Shown here one piece after another: positions 1-8,813 of a stretch of 64,000 bases of DNA. Where the stretch lies: contig JAWABJ010000001.1 in assembly GCA_038884755.1 (NCBI GenBank), forward strand, positions 19,856 through 83,855, written 5' to 3'. Positions within the stretch are counted from its first letter, which is position 1. Each line of letters opens with the position of its first letter. The notes under the pieces were generated by a model. That model saw only the letters and a list, made by a program, of their open reading frames with translations. It ran no database searches and was not told the DNA's origin. The position numbers were made by a program, and so were the translations under genes. The stretch is from Candidatus Norongarragalinales archaeon. GTDB taxonomy: Archaea; Micrarchaeota; Micrarchaeia; Norongarragalinales; Norongarragalinaceae.

Positions 1-1238
1 AGGTTTTAGAGATAATAGAGAAAACTCCGGAACTCAACGTTCCCGTGAACGCGAAAGACTTTTACGCTTCCGCGGTGGTGCGGGAAATGGCGGGCTACAG
101 CCTGATAGACCCGCTGGTTGCGGACGACAATCTAGAGGAAATAATGATAATCGGGCCCGGGAAGCCGGTTTACGTGTTCCACCGCAAGTACGAGATGCTC
201 AAGACCAACGTGTTTTTTTACGACGACGAGGACATTCGCAACTTGATAGAGCGCATAGGGCGGACCGTAGGAAGGCGCATCGATACGCAAGTGCCCATGC
301 TCGACGCGCGCCTGCCGGATGGCACGCGCGTTAATGCAACCATTCCGCCGTCAAGTATAGACGGTTCGACTCTTACGCTGAGAAAGTTCCGCCGAGATCC
401 GCTAAGCATAATCGACTTGATTAACTTCAACACTTTGGACTTCGAGACGGGCGCGTTGTTGTGGATGGCGACCGACGGGCTGGGCGCGTATCCCGCGAAC
501 ATCTTGGTATCTGGAGGGACGGCGTCGGGAAAAACCACTACTCTCAACTGTCTTTGTTCTTTCGTTCCGAACAGCGAACGCATAGTCACTATAGAAGACA
601 CTGCGGAATTGAACTTGCCTTTGGAGCATTGGGTGAGGCTGGAAGTGAGGCCCGCTTCGCTGGAAGGGTCGGGAGAAATCACCATGAACGATTTGGTGAA
701 GAACAGCATCAGGATGCGCCCGGACAGGATTATCGTGGGGGAAATCCGGGGAGAGGAGGGGTATACGATGTTCAACGCGATGAACACGGGGCACAGGGGC
801 GTCATGGGAACCGTTCATGCGAATTCGGCGCAAGAGACGCTCGTCCGCCTTGCGTCGCCGCCCATCAGCGTTCCGAACATAATGATTTCTTCCCTCAACA
901 TAGTGCTGATGCAGCACAGGATTCACGACCGGCGGCTCGGAACGCTGCGCAGGATTACGGAAGTAGCCGAGGTGAGCGCTGGCGACCCGAACAAGCCTGA
1001 AATCCAGGTGATTTACTCTTGGGACCCGGTGAAGGACAGGATTTACCCGACCGGCCTGCCTTCGGTTTTCTTCGACTCGCTCAAGCGGTACACCGGCTTG
1101 GACGACGAGGGAATCGCGAAGGAATTGAAGGAGCGGGAAAGTCTTTTGAAGAAAATGGCGCAAAGCGGAATCCGCGACATGGCCGAAGTGTGCAAAATCA
1201 CCCAGGGCTACATTTCCAGGAAGAAGCTTTCGATTTGA
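1..1238 (+). CDS. Type IV pilus/secretion ATPase (VirB11/TadA/CpaF family), 5'-truncated by the window edge
   Basis: Walker A GGTASGKT, TIEDTAEL Asp box, RMRPDRIIVGEIRG Walker B, MNTGH..GTVHA His box; frame is open from base 3. Confidence 0.93.
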   Translation, partial: VLEIIEKTPELNVPVNAKDFYASAVVREMAGYSLIDPLVADDNLEEIMIIGPGKPVYVFHRKYEMLKTNVFFYDDEDIRNLIERIGRTVGRRIDTQVPMLDARLPDGTRVNATIPPSSIDGSTLTLRKFRRDPLSIIDLINFNTLDFETGALLWMATDGLGAYPANILVSGGTASGKTTTLNCLCSFVPNSERIVTIEDTAELNLPLEHWVRLEVRPASLEGSGEITMNDLVKNSIRMRPDRIIVGEIRGEEGYTMFNAMNTGHRGVMGTVHANSAQETLVRLASPPISVPNIMISSLNIVLMQHRIHDRRLGTLRRITEVAEVSAGDPNKPEIQVIYSWDPVKDRIYPTGLPSVFFDSLKRYTGLDDEGIAKELKERESLLKKMAQSGIRDMAEVCKITQGYISRKKLSI

Positions 1239-1293
1239 ATCCTCCCGCGCCGTGCGGGGCGTTTCAGCGTATGAAACCGTTTAAAAGAGATTT

Positions 1294-2349
1294 TTGAGTA
1301 AGGATTTCATGCCCGAAGATAGACTCAAGCGGTTGAGCGAAACCGTGCGCAAAGAACCGTCTAGCGAGGGCCTTGAACGGATAATTTCCAAGCTCAAGCC
1401 TAAGGAAGAGGCGGAGGGCGACGGCGGAAAGCCCGCCTTGGATTTCAGGAAAGTCGATTTCGAGGAGGGAAGCGGGCCCCTGGCCGCGATAGGGCGTTTT
1501 TACTCGATGCTCGAAGGGCCGGTGGAAAAGCTGGCTTCGTTTTTGTCCAACTTTCCTGCGGTCCGCAGCTTGGACAAGAACCTCAAGGCCGCGGCTTTGC
1601 CTTTCAACACCGAGACTTACCTGGTGATAGCTTCTTCCGTTTCTTTGCTAGTGGCCTTGTTCACTTTCATCCTGCTCGCGACCGTTTCGATTTCCTTCAA
1701 CGACCAGGTCTCGTTTTTCATCAACCCCATAATCTCCCTAGTAGTGTTCCTGATTTCGGCGGTAGTGATACTGGTTTACCCCGTCTCCCGCGCGAACCAG
1801 CGGGCGGCGTTGGCGGACAAGGCGCTGCCGTTCGCGTTGCGCCAGCTTTCCACGCAATTGAAGGCCGGTTTGAGTTTTTACAAGGCGCTGAGCTCGCTGG
1901 CGAAGTCGGAGTACGGCTTGCTGAGCAGGGAGTTTGAAATCGTTTTGAGGGATTTGGATTCGGGCTTGAGCAGCGAAGAAGCGTTGCGCTTGCTCACGCA
2001 GCGCGTTAAATCTGAAGGGTTGCGCAAGGCTGTTTTGCAGATAGTGCGGGCGATGAAAACGGGGGGCAACCTTTCGATGGTGATTTCGGAAATCGCCGAC
2101 GACGTTTCGTTCGAAACGCGCCAGCAAATCCGCGATTTCACCGAAAAGCTCAATCTTGTAAGCATATTGTACATCATGCTGGGCATAGTCATGCCCGTAG
2201 TCGTAGCGATACTTTCCGCGGTGCTGCAAATTCCCCTGTTCGCGGGCGCAATTCCGGGGTGGTTCGTTTACGCCGGTTTCGCGATGTCGGTGCTTTTCAT
2301 GGTTTTGATTGTTTACATCACTAGGAAGATGGAGCCGGCGGCTTGGTGA
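1294..2349 (+). CDS. Type II secretion system F domain protein (TadC/TadB-like pilus platform)
   Basis: LPFALRQLSTQLKAGLS...YGLLSREF T2SSF-like core with TM helices, directly after the ATPase. Confidence 0.85.
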   Translation: MSKDFMPEDRLKRLSETVRKEPSSEGLERIISKLKPKEEAEGDGGKPALDFRKVDFEEGSGPLAAIGRFYSMLEGPVEKLASFLSNFPAVRSLDKNLKAAALPFNTETYLVIASSVSLLVALFTFILLATVSISFNDQVSFFINPIISLVVFLISAVVILVYPVSRANQRAALADKALPFALRQLSTQLKAGLSFYKALSSLAKSEYGLLSREFEIVLRDLDSGLSSEEALRLLTQRVKSEGLRKAVLQIVRAMKTGGNLSMVISEIADDVSFETRQQIRDFTEKLNLVSILYIMLGIVMPVVVAILSAVLQIPLFAGAIPGWFVYAGFAMSVLFMVLIVYITRKMEPAAW

Positions 2350-2353
2350 AAAA

Positions 2354-3280
2354 ATGGTTTCTTTCGAGGATTTGAGGGAACGGTTTGCCGTCGAGTACGA
2401 GAAAATGCGCGAGTATTACGCGGCGACGGGCTTCAGCTTTTCATTCGAGGTTTTTCTCGCCGGCTTCGCCTTGCTTGCGCTTTTGATTGCCATAGTGCTT
2501 TTGCTTTTGAACCTGAGCCTTTTCGAAGTCGTGGTGGCGTTTTTCGCGGTCATGAGCTTTTCCATAAGCATTCCCATAACCATGCGCGAGAACCGGATTG
2601 CGGAGATTGAGTCGAACCTTCCCGACGCACTGAAGCACATGGCTTTGGTTTTGAAGGCGGGGGGAACTGTGGAAAACGCTTTGGAGGAAGTGGCGCTGCC
2701 GGACGGCTACGGCAGCCTTGGCGCGGATTTCAAGAAAGCGCTGGGGCGTTTGCGCAGGGGACAGAGTTTCGAGAGCGTTTTGGTGAAGATAGCTGAAGAG
2801 AGCGGCTCGCTTTTGCTCAGGCGGACTGCTTCCATAATCGTCGACGCGAGGCGGGCTGGCGCGGGCTTGGCCGACGTGCTTTTCGCGATTTCCGACGACG
2901 CCAAGGACGTTTTGCACATCCAGCGCGAGAGGCTTTCGCGCACGGTGATGCACGCGATTTTCATCGCTTCCTCGAGCATAATAATCGCGCCGTTCATTTT
3001 CGGATTCGCCTTGAGCGTCATCAACTTTATTGCAGTGAACATGCTCAAGGCTTTGCCCAACGCCAAGGCCATGGACGTGTGCTCTTTGAACACCACTTTC
3101 GTGCTGTTCCTGGTCATTCAGACCATCGTGGCGGCCGTCGCGCTTGGGATAGTGCGTTTCGGCAAGACTGGAAAGTATTTATTGTACCTTCCCGTGCTTG
3201 TTTTGATTTCGCTGCTGATTTTTGAGACGGCGAAGTGGCTGAGCAACGTGATTGTCGGAGGCACGGGATTGGTATGTTGA
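2354..3280 (+). CDS. Second T2SSF/TadC-like membrane platform protein
   Basis: IESNLPDALKHMALVLKAGG...YGSLGADF motif; ATG at 2354 after a GGTGA SD-like site. Confidence 0.85.
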   Translation: MVSFEDLRERFAVEYEKMREYYAATGFSFSFEVFLAGFALLALLIAIVLLLLNLSLFEVVVAFFAVMSFSISIPITMRENRIAEIESNLPDALKHMALVLKAGGTVENALEEVALPDGYGSLGADFKKALGRLRRGQSFESVLVKIAEESGSLLLRRTASIIVDARRAGAGLADVLFAISDDAKDVLHIQRERLSRTVMHAIFIASSSIIIAPFIFGFALSVINFIAVNMLKALPNAKAMDVCSLNTTFVLFLVIQTIVAAVALGIVRFGKTGKYLLYLPVLVLISLLIFETAKWLSNVIVGGTGLVC

Positions 3281-3381
3281 AGAGGGCGCAGACCACCATC
3301 GAATACGCTTTGCTTATAGCGTTCGTGGTGGCGTTGATTACGGCGATAGGCTATTTCATCAAAACCAGGGTGTTGGCTTGA
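3274..3381 (+). CDS. 35-aa micro-pilin with class III signal peptide (absent from the ORF track)
   Basis: Manual translation MLKRA|QTTIEYALLIAFVVALITAIGYFIKTRVLA*; overlaps the upstream stop and the downstream start. Confidence 0.75.
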   Translation: MLKRAQTTIEYALLIAFVVALITAIGYFIKTRVLA

Positions 3382-3557
3382 TTTTGCGCAAGGCGCAGAC
3401 CGTCATGGAATACCTGCTTTTGCTTGCGGGCGTGATGGTCATAATCGTGCTGATAACCATTCTTGTGCGCGGGGGGATTTTCATTCCCGCTTCCAATGAG
3501 ATAAGCACGAGCGTTTCTACCATAAAGGCGTTCGGCTCTGCTTTGGCCAGCCCGTAA
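3378..3557 (+). CDS. Small class III signal-peptide pilin
   Basis: RKA|QTVMEYLLLLAGVMVIIVLITIL; TTG start at 3378 or 3384 inside the track ORF 3252..3557. Confidence 0.78.
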   Translation: MILRKAQTVMEYLLLLAGVMVIIVLITILVRGGIFIPASNEISTSVSTIKAFGSALASP

Positions 3558-3570
3558 TTTGCATTAGTTT

Positions 3571-3578
3571 TTTAAATA
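3571..3578 (+). promoter_or_regulatory. Putative TATA box for the pilin at 3622
   Basis: TTTAAATA in the short intergenic gap about 45 nt upstream of the ATG. Confidence 0.4.
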
Positions 3579-3621
3579 CCGCGTGGTAATAGAATTAAAT
3601 TTCGTGGAGAGGGCGATTGTC

Positions 3622-3933
3622 ATGGCTTTGAAGGGGCAAGGGATGTTCGAGTACATTCTTCTTTTGGCGGGAATACTGCTCATAGTGGTTTTGGCGATAG
3701 TGGTTTTGAGGGGAGGCTTGTTCGGAGGGGCCGAGCAGGACATTCAACGGCAAAATTGCCAGGCTGCTTTGTCGCGCTCGTCTTACTGTTATGCGACGAG
3801 CGGATTGTGGAACGAGACCGGCGCGCCCACGCCGTACCCGCAAGTTTGCGTGAACATCGGCTACAACGGTTCCGGAGACGGGTGCAGCGTCGCGTTCGGT
3901 GACGACTGTTCGTGCGGCCCCAGGCCGGGTTGA
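3622..3933 (+). CDS. Cys-rich type IV pilin (candidate major pilin)
   Basis: MALKG|QGMFEYILLLAGILLIVVLAIVVL followed by a 6-Cys globular domain; own TATA-like element. Confidence 0.82.
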   Translation: MALKGQGMFEYILLLAGILLIVVLAIVVLRGGLFGGAEQDIQRQNCQAALSRSSYCYATSGLWNETGAPTPYPQVCVNIGYNGSGDGCSVAFGDDCSCGPRPG

Positions 3934-3939
3934 GTCGAA

Positions 3940-4107
3940 TTGCGAAAGAGCCAGGCTGCAATCGAATACATCCTTTTGGTAGCTTTGGGGTTGTTCATCA
4001 TAGTGGTCGGCTTCACCATAGCTTTTTTTGTTAATGATTTCACGAAAAGCGTGCTTGTGGGCGTCGACCAGACGCGCTCGCAGGCGATAGCCCTTTTGGT
4101 CAGGTAA
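3940..4107 (+). CDS. 55-aa class III signal-peptide pilin (absent from the ORF track)
   Basis: Manual translation from TTG: MRKS|QAAIEYILLVALGLFIIVVGFTIAFFVNDFTKSVLVGVDQTRSQAIALLVR*. Confidence 0.75.
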   Translation: MRKSQAAIEYILLVALGLFIIVVGFTIAFFVNDFTKSVLVGVDQTRSQAIALLVR

Positions 4108-4118
4108 ACGTTTTTGCG

Positions 4119-4574
4119 TTGGCTGATTTTCTTCCCGCGGCGGCTTTCGTTTTCGCTTTCGCCGCATCCGCTTCAGACTTGGGCTTGCGCCGGATTCCCG
4201 ACCCGCTGAACCTTTCGTTTTTCGCCCTCGCTTTTTCAGCCAGCCTCGCTTCCGGCGTGCTGCCGGCGTTCGCCCTTTTCTCGGTTTTTTCGTTTTTGCT
4301 TTCGAGGTGGGCTTACGGCCTGGGCGCTTGGGGCGGGGGTGACGTGAAGTTTTTCGTCTCTCTTTCTTCTTTCCTTCCTGCTTTGGGCGAGGGTTTGGAA
4401 AGCGTCTTTTTGCTTTTCGTGGTTTCAGCGTTCTTGTGCGGGCTGGCGGCGCTTTCGGCTTTTTCAATAAAACTATTAAAGAACGGGCGCGTGAAGAGTT
4501 TGGCCGGCCCGGGGCGGGTGGTTTTCGCGCCTTTCCTGGCGGCCGCGTTCGCAATAGTGGTGTTTTTCAAATGA
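4119..4574 (+). CDS. Prepilin peptidase (A24 family, PibD/FlaK/EppA-like), compact
   Basis: SDLGLRRIPD and WGGGDVK catalytic Asp motifs, C-terminal FAPFL, multiple TM helices. Confidence 0.85.
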   Translation: MADFLPAAAFVFAFAASASDLGLRRIPDPLNLSFFALAFSASLASGVLPAFALFSVFSFLLSRWAYGLGAWGGGDVKFFVSLSSFLPALGEGLESVFLLFVVSAFLCGLAALSAFSIKLLKNGRVKSLAGPGRVVFAPFLAAAFAIVVFFK

Positions 4575-5038
4575 AAAAATCCCAGTTGGGCGTTGAGTTT
4601 TTCCTGGTATTGAGCGTGGTCGTCGCTTTCATCGTGATACTTTACACCACCGCGTTCCAGGAAATCGGGAAAACGCGTGCGTTGAACGACGCGGTGCTTT
4701 CCAAGGCCGCGGTGGACGCCATGGCGCAAGGCATTGACTTCGCCTACTTGGGCGGAGACGGCAGCGTGCTGCAAAAGCAGCTTTTCGTTTCCCAGAATTC
4801 AAACTGCTTTTACACCACGCCGTCGGGTTTGCTCAAGGTTTACTGCACCGTTTCTTCCGAGTACTTGGATGTGCTTACTGGCGGGAAAGAGCAGGTTTTC
4901 AGCCAAGAGCTTTTCACCCCGCGGGGCAAGCTGGTTTTCTTCGACTGCGCCCCGCTCAACGGCGGCTGGGTCAACGTGAGCATTCGCAATGCGATTTCTA
5001 CTTTGGGTTTCGTTAATGTCTCGTGCAGGATGGCTTGA
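4571..5038 (+). CDS. Minor pilin-like protein with class III signal peptide
   Basis: MKKS|QLGVEFFLVLSVVVAFIVIL; ATG at 4571 overlaps the upstream stop. Confidence 0.75.
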   Translation: MKKSQLGVEFFLVLSVVVAFIVILYTTAFQEIGKTRALNDAVLSKAAVDAMAQGIDFAYLGGDGSVLQKQLFVSQNSNCFYTTPSGLLKVYCTVSSEYLDVLTGGKEQVFSQELFTPRGKLVFFDCAPLNGGWVNVSIRNAISTLGFVNVSCRMA

Positions 5039-5057
5039 CGGCTGCGTGGTGTTTAAG

Positions 5058-5456
5058 ATGCGGGGGCAGGTTGGTGCGGAGTTCATAATCCTCGTTTCGC
5101 TGCTCCTGTCGCTGTCGGTAATAATACTGGCGAATTCGTTCAAGGAAATGGAGACTGGCATGGTCGTCGCGGCAGTGCGAAGCGCTTCGGAAAATGTCGC
5201 CTTGCGACAGGGGGTTTCTTTCTACAACGTTTCCTATTCGGTCAAGCCTAATGCCGTGATTTTGAAGCCGGTTTTTTCCGGTGGTTTCCGCGATAGGGGC
5301 GAGTGGACTGAAGACATCGCCCTGCGGGCAAAGGCGGTGCTGGCTCCCAATTCCCAGCTTGAAGCTTGTTCCGGCCAGGTTGAAGGCTGTTGCGCCGACC
5401 CCGACGCGGCGGACGGCTTGTGCTTTTCCACGACGAGGTGCTTTTGCGTAAAGTGA
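5058..5456 (+). CDS. Minor pilin-like protein with Cys-rich C-terminus
   Basis: MRG|QVGAEFIILVSLLLSLSVIIL; tail C..CC..C..CFC. Confidence 0.72.
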   Translation: MRGQVGAEFIILVSLLLSLSVIILANSFKEMETGMVVAAVRSASENVALRQGVSFYNVSYSVKPNAVILKPVFSGGFRDRGEWTEDIALRAKAVLAPNSQLEACSGQVEGCCADPDAADGLCFSTTRCFCVK

Positions 5457-5806
5457 ATTTCAAGGAAGAGCGGATTTTCTTTTTGTCTTTGTTCTTGTCT
5501 TTCGCCGGAATCGCGGTTTTGTTCGCGCTTTCGCAAAGCGCGTCCGCGCGCGAAGCAGAGGTTTCCCAGCTTTCAAGCGAGGATTTCGGGAGGACTGTTT
5601 TGCTTAAGGGCAAGGCGGTTTCGGTTTCCTCGAACGGGGAAACCGTTTTCTTCCGCCTGTGCGCTTCGGCGTGCGTCAAGGTGGTGGTTTTCAGGAGCCG
5701 TTCTGCCGTTTCGGAAGGCGCGTTCGTTTCCGTGGAAGGCCGGGTTTCCGAGTTCGAAGGGCGGATTGAAATAATCGCCGATTCCGTTGAAGTGCTGAAG
5801 TCTTGA
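5453..5806 (+). CDS. Membrane-anchored OB-fold protein
   Basis: N-terminal TM, then GRTVLLKGKA...VSVEGRVSEFEGRIEIIADSV OB-fold pattern. Confidence 0.65.
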   Translation: MNFKEERIFFLSLFLSFAGIAVLFALSQSASAREAEVSQLSSEDFGRTVLLKGKAVSVSSNGETVFFRLCASACVKVVVFRSRSAVSEGAFVSVEGRVSEFEGRIEIIADSVEVLKS

Positions 5807-6967
5807 GTGGGTTTTTTGCTGGAAGAGTTTTTCTTGGGTTTTTTTTCCGGGTTTGCGGGCTTGCTGGCGTTCTTGCACGCCAACACCCTGCTTAAGCTTT
5901 CCTCGCCGTTCTTGTGGCCTGGTTTTTCCAAGGCGGTTTTCTCCTCGTCTCTTTCGTTCTCCAAAATCGTTTTCGAGCTCGTCCCGACCTTGTTTTTCTT
6001 CGCGCCTTCGATTTCCTACGGCGTTTCAATTCTTCCGGCGCAAAAGCTTTTCTTCGAGGGAAAGGGGATTTCGGCGTTGAAAACCACGCTTGCATGCTTT
6101 TTTCTCGCCGCACTGCTTTGCCTGGCTTTGGCGCCGCCGTTTTTCATAGCCTTACCTTTGCTTGACGCTCTAGTCTCGCCTTTCGCAGGGTGGGTTTTGC
6201 TTTTTGTTTTGGGCGCGTCTTTCGCGAGCAAGCAAAAGCGTTGGGCAAGCGCCTTCGCTTTCGCCCTTTCAGGAGTGTTGGGCATGGCGTTGTTTTCAAA
6301 ACCGTTTCTGCCCGACCCGCTGTTTCCACTACTGTCGGGCTTGTTCGGAATTCCCGCGTTGCTTTTTTCCCTCAATTCTCCGAAGCCAGCGCAAAAAGAA
6401 GCTGGCGTGGCGAACGTCGATTTGAAAATAATCTTTTGGGCCGTGGTTTTCGGGGGGTTGTCTTCCCTGTTGCCCGGCTTGTCGCCAGTCGTTTTGGTTT
6501 CCTTGCTGTTTTTGTTTCTGGAGGGCGCGGGAGCCATGGTTTTCGTCCAGGCTGTTGCGGCAACGCTGGTTTCAAAAACTTTCTTCGACTTTCTTGCTTT
6601 CGTTGCAATAGGCAAGGCTCGCAGCGGGGCAGTGGCTTTCGCTTCGCAAGGGCTTTCGGCGGGTTCGCTGCCGTCAGTGCTCGTCGCAGGCGTGGCATCG
6701 CTTTTCCTCGCAATAGCGACCATGCTTTTGCTCTACAAGCGGCTTTCCTCGCTTTCCTTGCTTGGTGGGAACAAGGTTCCGCTGGTAGTCGCGGTTTTCC
6801 TTGCAGCGGCTGTTTTAGCGTTCCAAGGGTTTTTGGGGCTGTTCGCGATGGCGGTCGCCGCTTGCCTGGGGGTTTGCGCGGGTTTATTGGGCGCCGACAA
6901 GACGTCGCTTCTCGGCTGCCTCTTCGTCCCTTCGCTGGCGTTCTACTTCGGCTTTTCCCTTGCATAG
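5807..6967 (+). CDS. TctA-like / DUF112 polytopic membrane protein
   Basis: GFAGLLAFLHANT N-terminal motif, ILPAQKLFFEGKG, LFPLLSGLFGIP, GKARSG; many TM helices. Confidence 0.7.
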   Translation: MGFLLEEFFLGFFSGFAGLLAFLHANTLLKLSSPFLWPGFSKAVFSSSLSFSKIVFELVPTLFFFAPSISYGVSILPAQKLFFEGKGISALKTTLACFFLAALLCLALAPPFFIALPLLDALVSPFAGWVLLFVLGASFASKQKRWASAFAFALSGVLGMALFSKPFLPDPLFPLLSGLFGIPALLFSLNSPKPAQKEAGVANVDLKIIFWAVVFGGLSSLLPGLSPVVLVSLLFLFLEGAGAMVFVQAVAATLVSKTFFDFLAFVAIGKARSGAVAFASQGLSAGSLPSVLVAGVASLFLAIATMLLLYKRLSSLSLLGGNKVPLVVAVFLAAAVLAFQGFLGLFAMAVAACLGVCAGLLGADKTSLLGCLFVPSLAFYFGFSLA

Positions 6968-7009
6968 CCTGAAAGGTTTAAAACGAAAAAATCCTTAATC
7001 CTCTCTCGG

Positions 7010-7507
7010 TTGCGGGTGGATGTTTTGTCGAAGCGCGGGCAGTTTTCAATAGAGTTTTTCGTGGTGCTCACTTTTTTCGTGCTCGTGCTGTTGTGGTTCA
7101 ACAACTACTACAACGACTTGCGCTCGCAAGACTTGGTTTTCATGCAGCAAAAGCAATTGGTGAAGCAAATCGCGCTTTTGGAAGGCGAGTCTTTCTCTCA
7201 AAACCAGACTCTTTACTTCGACTTGCCTTGCCTCGTTTCCGAGGGAAAGGCGTTCTCGTATTGGGTTTACGGCGGGAGCGTTTACGGGGGCGAAGTTCGC
7301 GCGGGAACCAACCAAACGACTTTGCTCGTCGTGCTCCGCTCGACGGGCCAGTCTGAAAACTCTTCTTTCGCGGTTTCCGCTTTTCCCAACCCGCTGGTTT
7401 TCGAGTGTTCGGGCGGCAGTGCGGGCAGAATTTTTTTCAGGAGGGAGAAAGTCCTGCCTTTCGGCGGCGGGGCGGCAGTAGACGGCGTTCTGTTGGGGAG
7501 AGGTTGA
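7010..7507 (+). CDS. Pilin-like protein with class III signal peptide (start may be TTG 7025)
   Basis: KRG|QFSIEFFVVLTFFVLVLLWF. Confidence 0.72.
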   Translation: MRVDVLSKRGQFSIEFFVVLTFFVLVLLWFNNYYNDLRSQDLVFMQQKQLVKQIALLEGESFSQNQTLYFDLPCLVSEGKAFSYWVYGGSVYGGEVRAGTNQTTLLVVLRSTGQSENSSFAVSAFPNPLVFECSGGSAGRIFFRREKVLPFGGGAAVDGVLLGRG

Positions 7508-7513
7508 TTTGAA

Positions 7514-7837
7514 ATGCGCAGGGGGCAGTTGTTCAGCGTGGATTTCTTGCTTGCGGTGGCAGTCTTGACCATGGCGCTCGGGATTTGGCTTAATTCGCAC
7601 TCGCAAATAGAGCGGAACGCCGGCGGCAGCATAGCGAACTCCAGCGCTTTCGCGCTTGCCGAATCTTATTACTCCCGGCTTTCGGCCGGCGAGTCGGCGT
7701 TGCAAATGGGTTGCCTTGAAAACGCGGGGGTAGTGGTTTGCGACTCGTGCCCTTCGGGCGGGGAAAAGTTTTTCGTGCAACGGATATACTCGCGGGCGGG
7801 GAGCCCGAAGCTTTTGAGGGTGGGGTCGTGTTCTTGA
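7514..7837 (+). CDS. Pilin-like protein with class III signal peptide
   Basis: MRRG|QLFSVDFLLAVAVLTMALGIW; 4 Cys. Confidence 0.7.
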   Translation: MRRGQLFSVDFLLAVAVLTMALGIWLNSHSQIERNAGGSIANSSAFALAESYYSRLSAGESALQMGCLENAGVVVCDSCPSGGEKFFVQRIYSRAGSPKLLRVGSCS

Positions 7838-7838
7838 A

Positions 7839-8201
7839 ATGAAGCGTGGCATTTTCCTTTTGATAGACGCTTTCCTTGCGCTCACGCTCGCGATTTTGCT
7901 TTCCCTTTCGGTCGCGGTTTTCTCGCAGGCGCACGAGCCCATGCTGGTGCAGCTGCACCAGCTGGGAAGGGATTACTTGGTTTTGCAGCACAAGCAGGGC
8001 GTTTCCTTCGATTTCGCCGGCCTTACCGGCTTCAATTCCACCTCGCGCCATAGCGTGGGAAGCAAAATCGTGGTGTACCCGCGGTTGTGCGTCGACCCGC
8101 CGTTGCCTCCCGCGAACCCGCATTGTTTTTCCGGGCAGGATGTTTTTGATTCGCGTGGGGCTAGGAAGGTTTTGGTTTTCAACACTACGGTGAGCCCTTG
8201 A
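7839..8201 (+). CDS. Pilin-like protein with class III-like signal peptide
   Basis: MKRG|IFLLIDAFLALTLAILLSL. Confidence 0.65.
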   Translation: MKRGIFLLIDAFLALTLAILLSLSVAVFSQAHEPMLVQLHQLGRDYLVLQHKQGVSFDFAGLTGFNSTSRHSVGSKIVVYPRLCVDPPLPPANPHCFSGQDVFDSRGARKVLVFNTTVSP

Positions 8202-8764
8202 CTTTGAAAAAATCTTTTGCGACCGCGTTTTTCGCCGCAATGGTAGTTTTCGCGCTGGCTTTCCTGGCGTCGGTTTTGCTGGTGCAGGACTCGGGCTTTC
8301 AAAACGCGCAACTGGAATCGCGCATTGCAGGCGCGCGTTTTGAGGACGCGAGGGATTTAGTGAATTGGACGCAGGAAGACGCAATTTTCGACGCGGCGTA
8401 TGCTTTCGCTTGCAACTCGCAGGTTTTCTGCGATACGTATCCTACGCTAGTAAATTCATACTGGAGCAACGTGCGCGGCGAGTTGAATGATTCTATCGTA
8501 AACGTGTCGTTTTCCGGAACCGTTGCGTCTTGCGGGTGGTTTCAAGTCTTGCCTGACACTTTCAGTTTCAACGTTGGTTTTACGGGCGTTATGGAAGTCA
8601 CTTCCAAAAATACTTTCAAGAACGCGAGTTTTGCTTTCGCAAAGACCGGTACGGTGCAGACGCGTTCCAGCCCTAGGGGAGCGACGGCGAGAGTTTTTGA
8701 GACGGGAACAACGTTTTCGTACGACTGTCCCGCAGGCTTTGGCGGCGGTTTGGAAGTGGGGTAG
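8198..8764 (+). CDS. Pilin-like/secreted protein
   Basis: KKS|FATAFFAAMVVFALAFL hydrophobic N-terminus; coupled to the upstream gene; several N-x-S/T sequons. Confidence 0.55.
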   Translation: MTLKKSFATAFFAAMVVFALAFLASVLLVQDSGFQNAQLESRIAGARFEDARDLVNWTQEDAIFDAAYAFACNSQVFCDTYPTLVNSYWSNVRGELNDSIVNVSFSGTVASCGWFQVLPDTFSFNVGFTGVMEVTSKNTFKNASFAFAKTGTVQTRSSPRGATARVFETGTTFSYDCPAGFGGGLEVG

Positions 8765-8813
8765 AACGCAACTTTTAAGTTTCGGCGGGTTGTAGTTGTT
8801 TGGTGGGTGTAGA

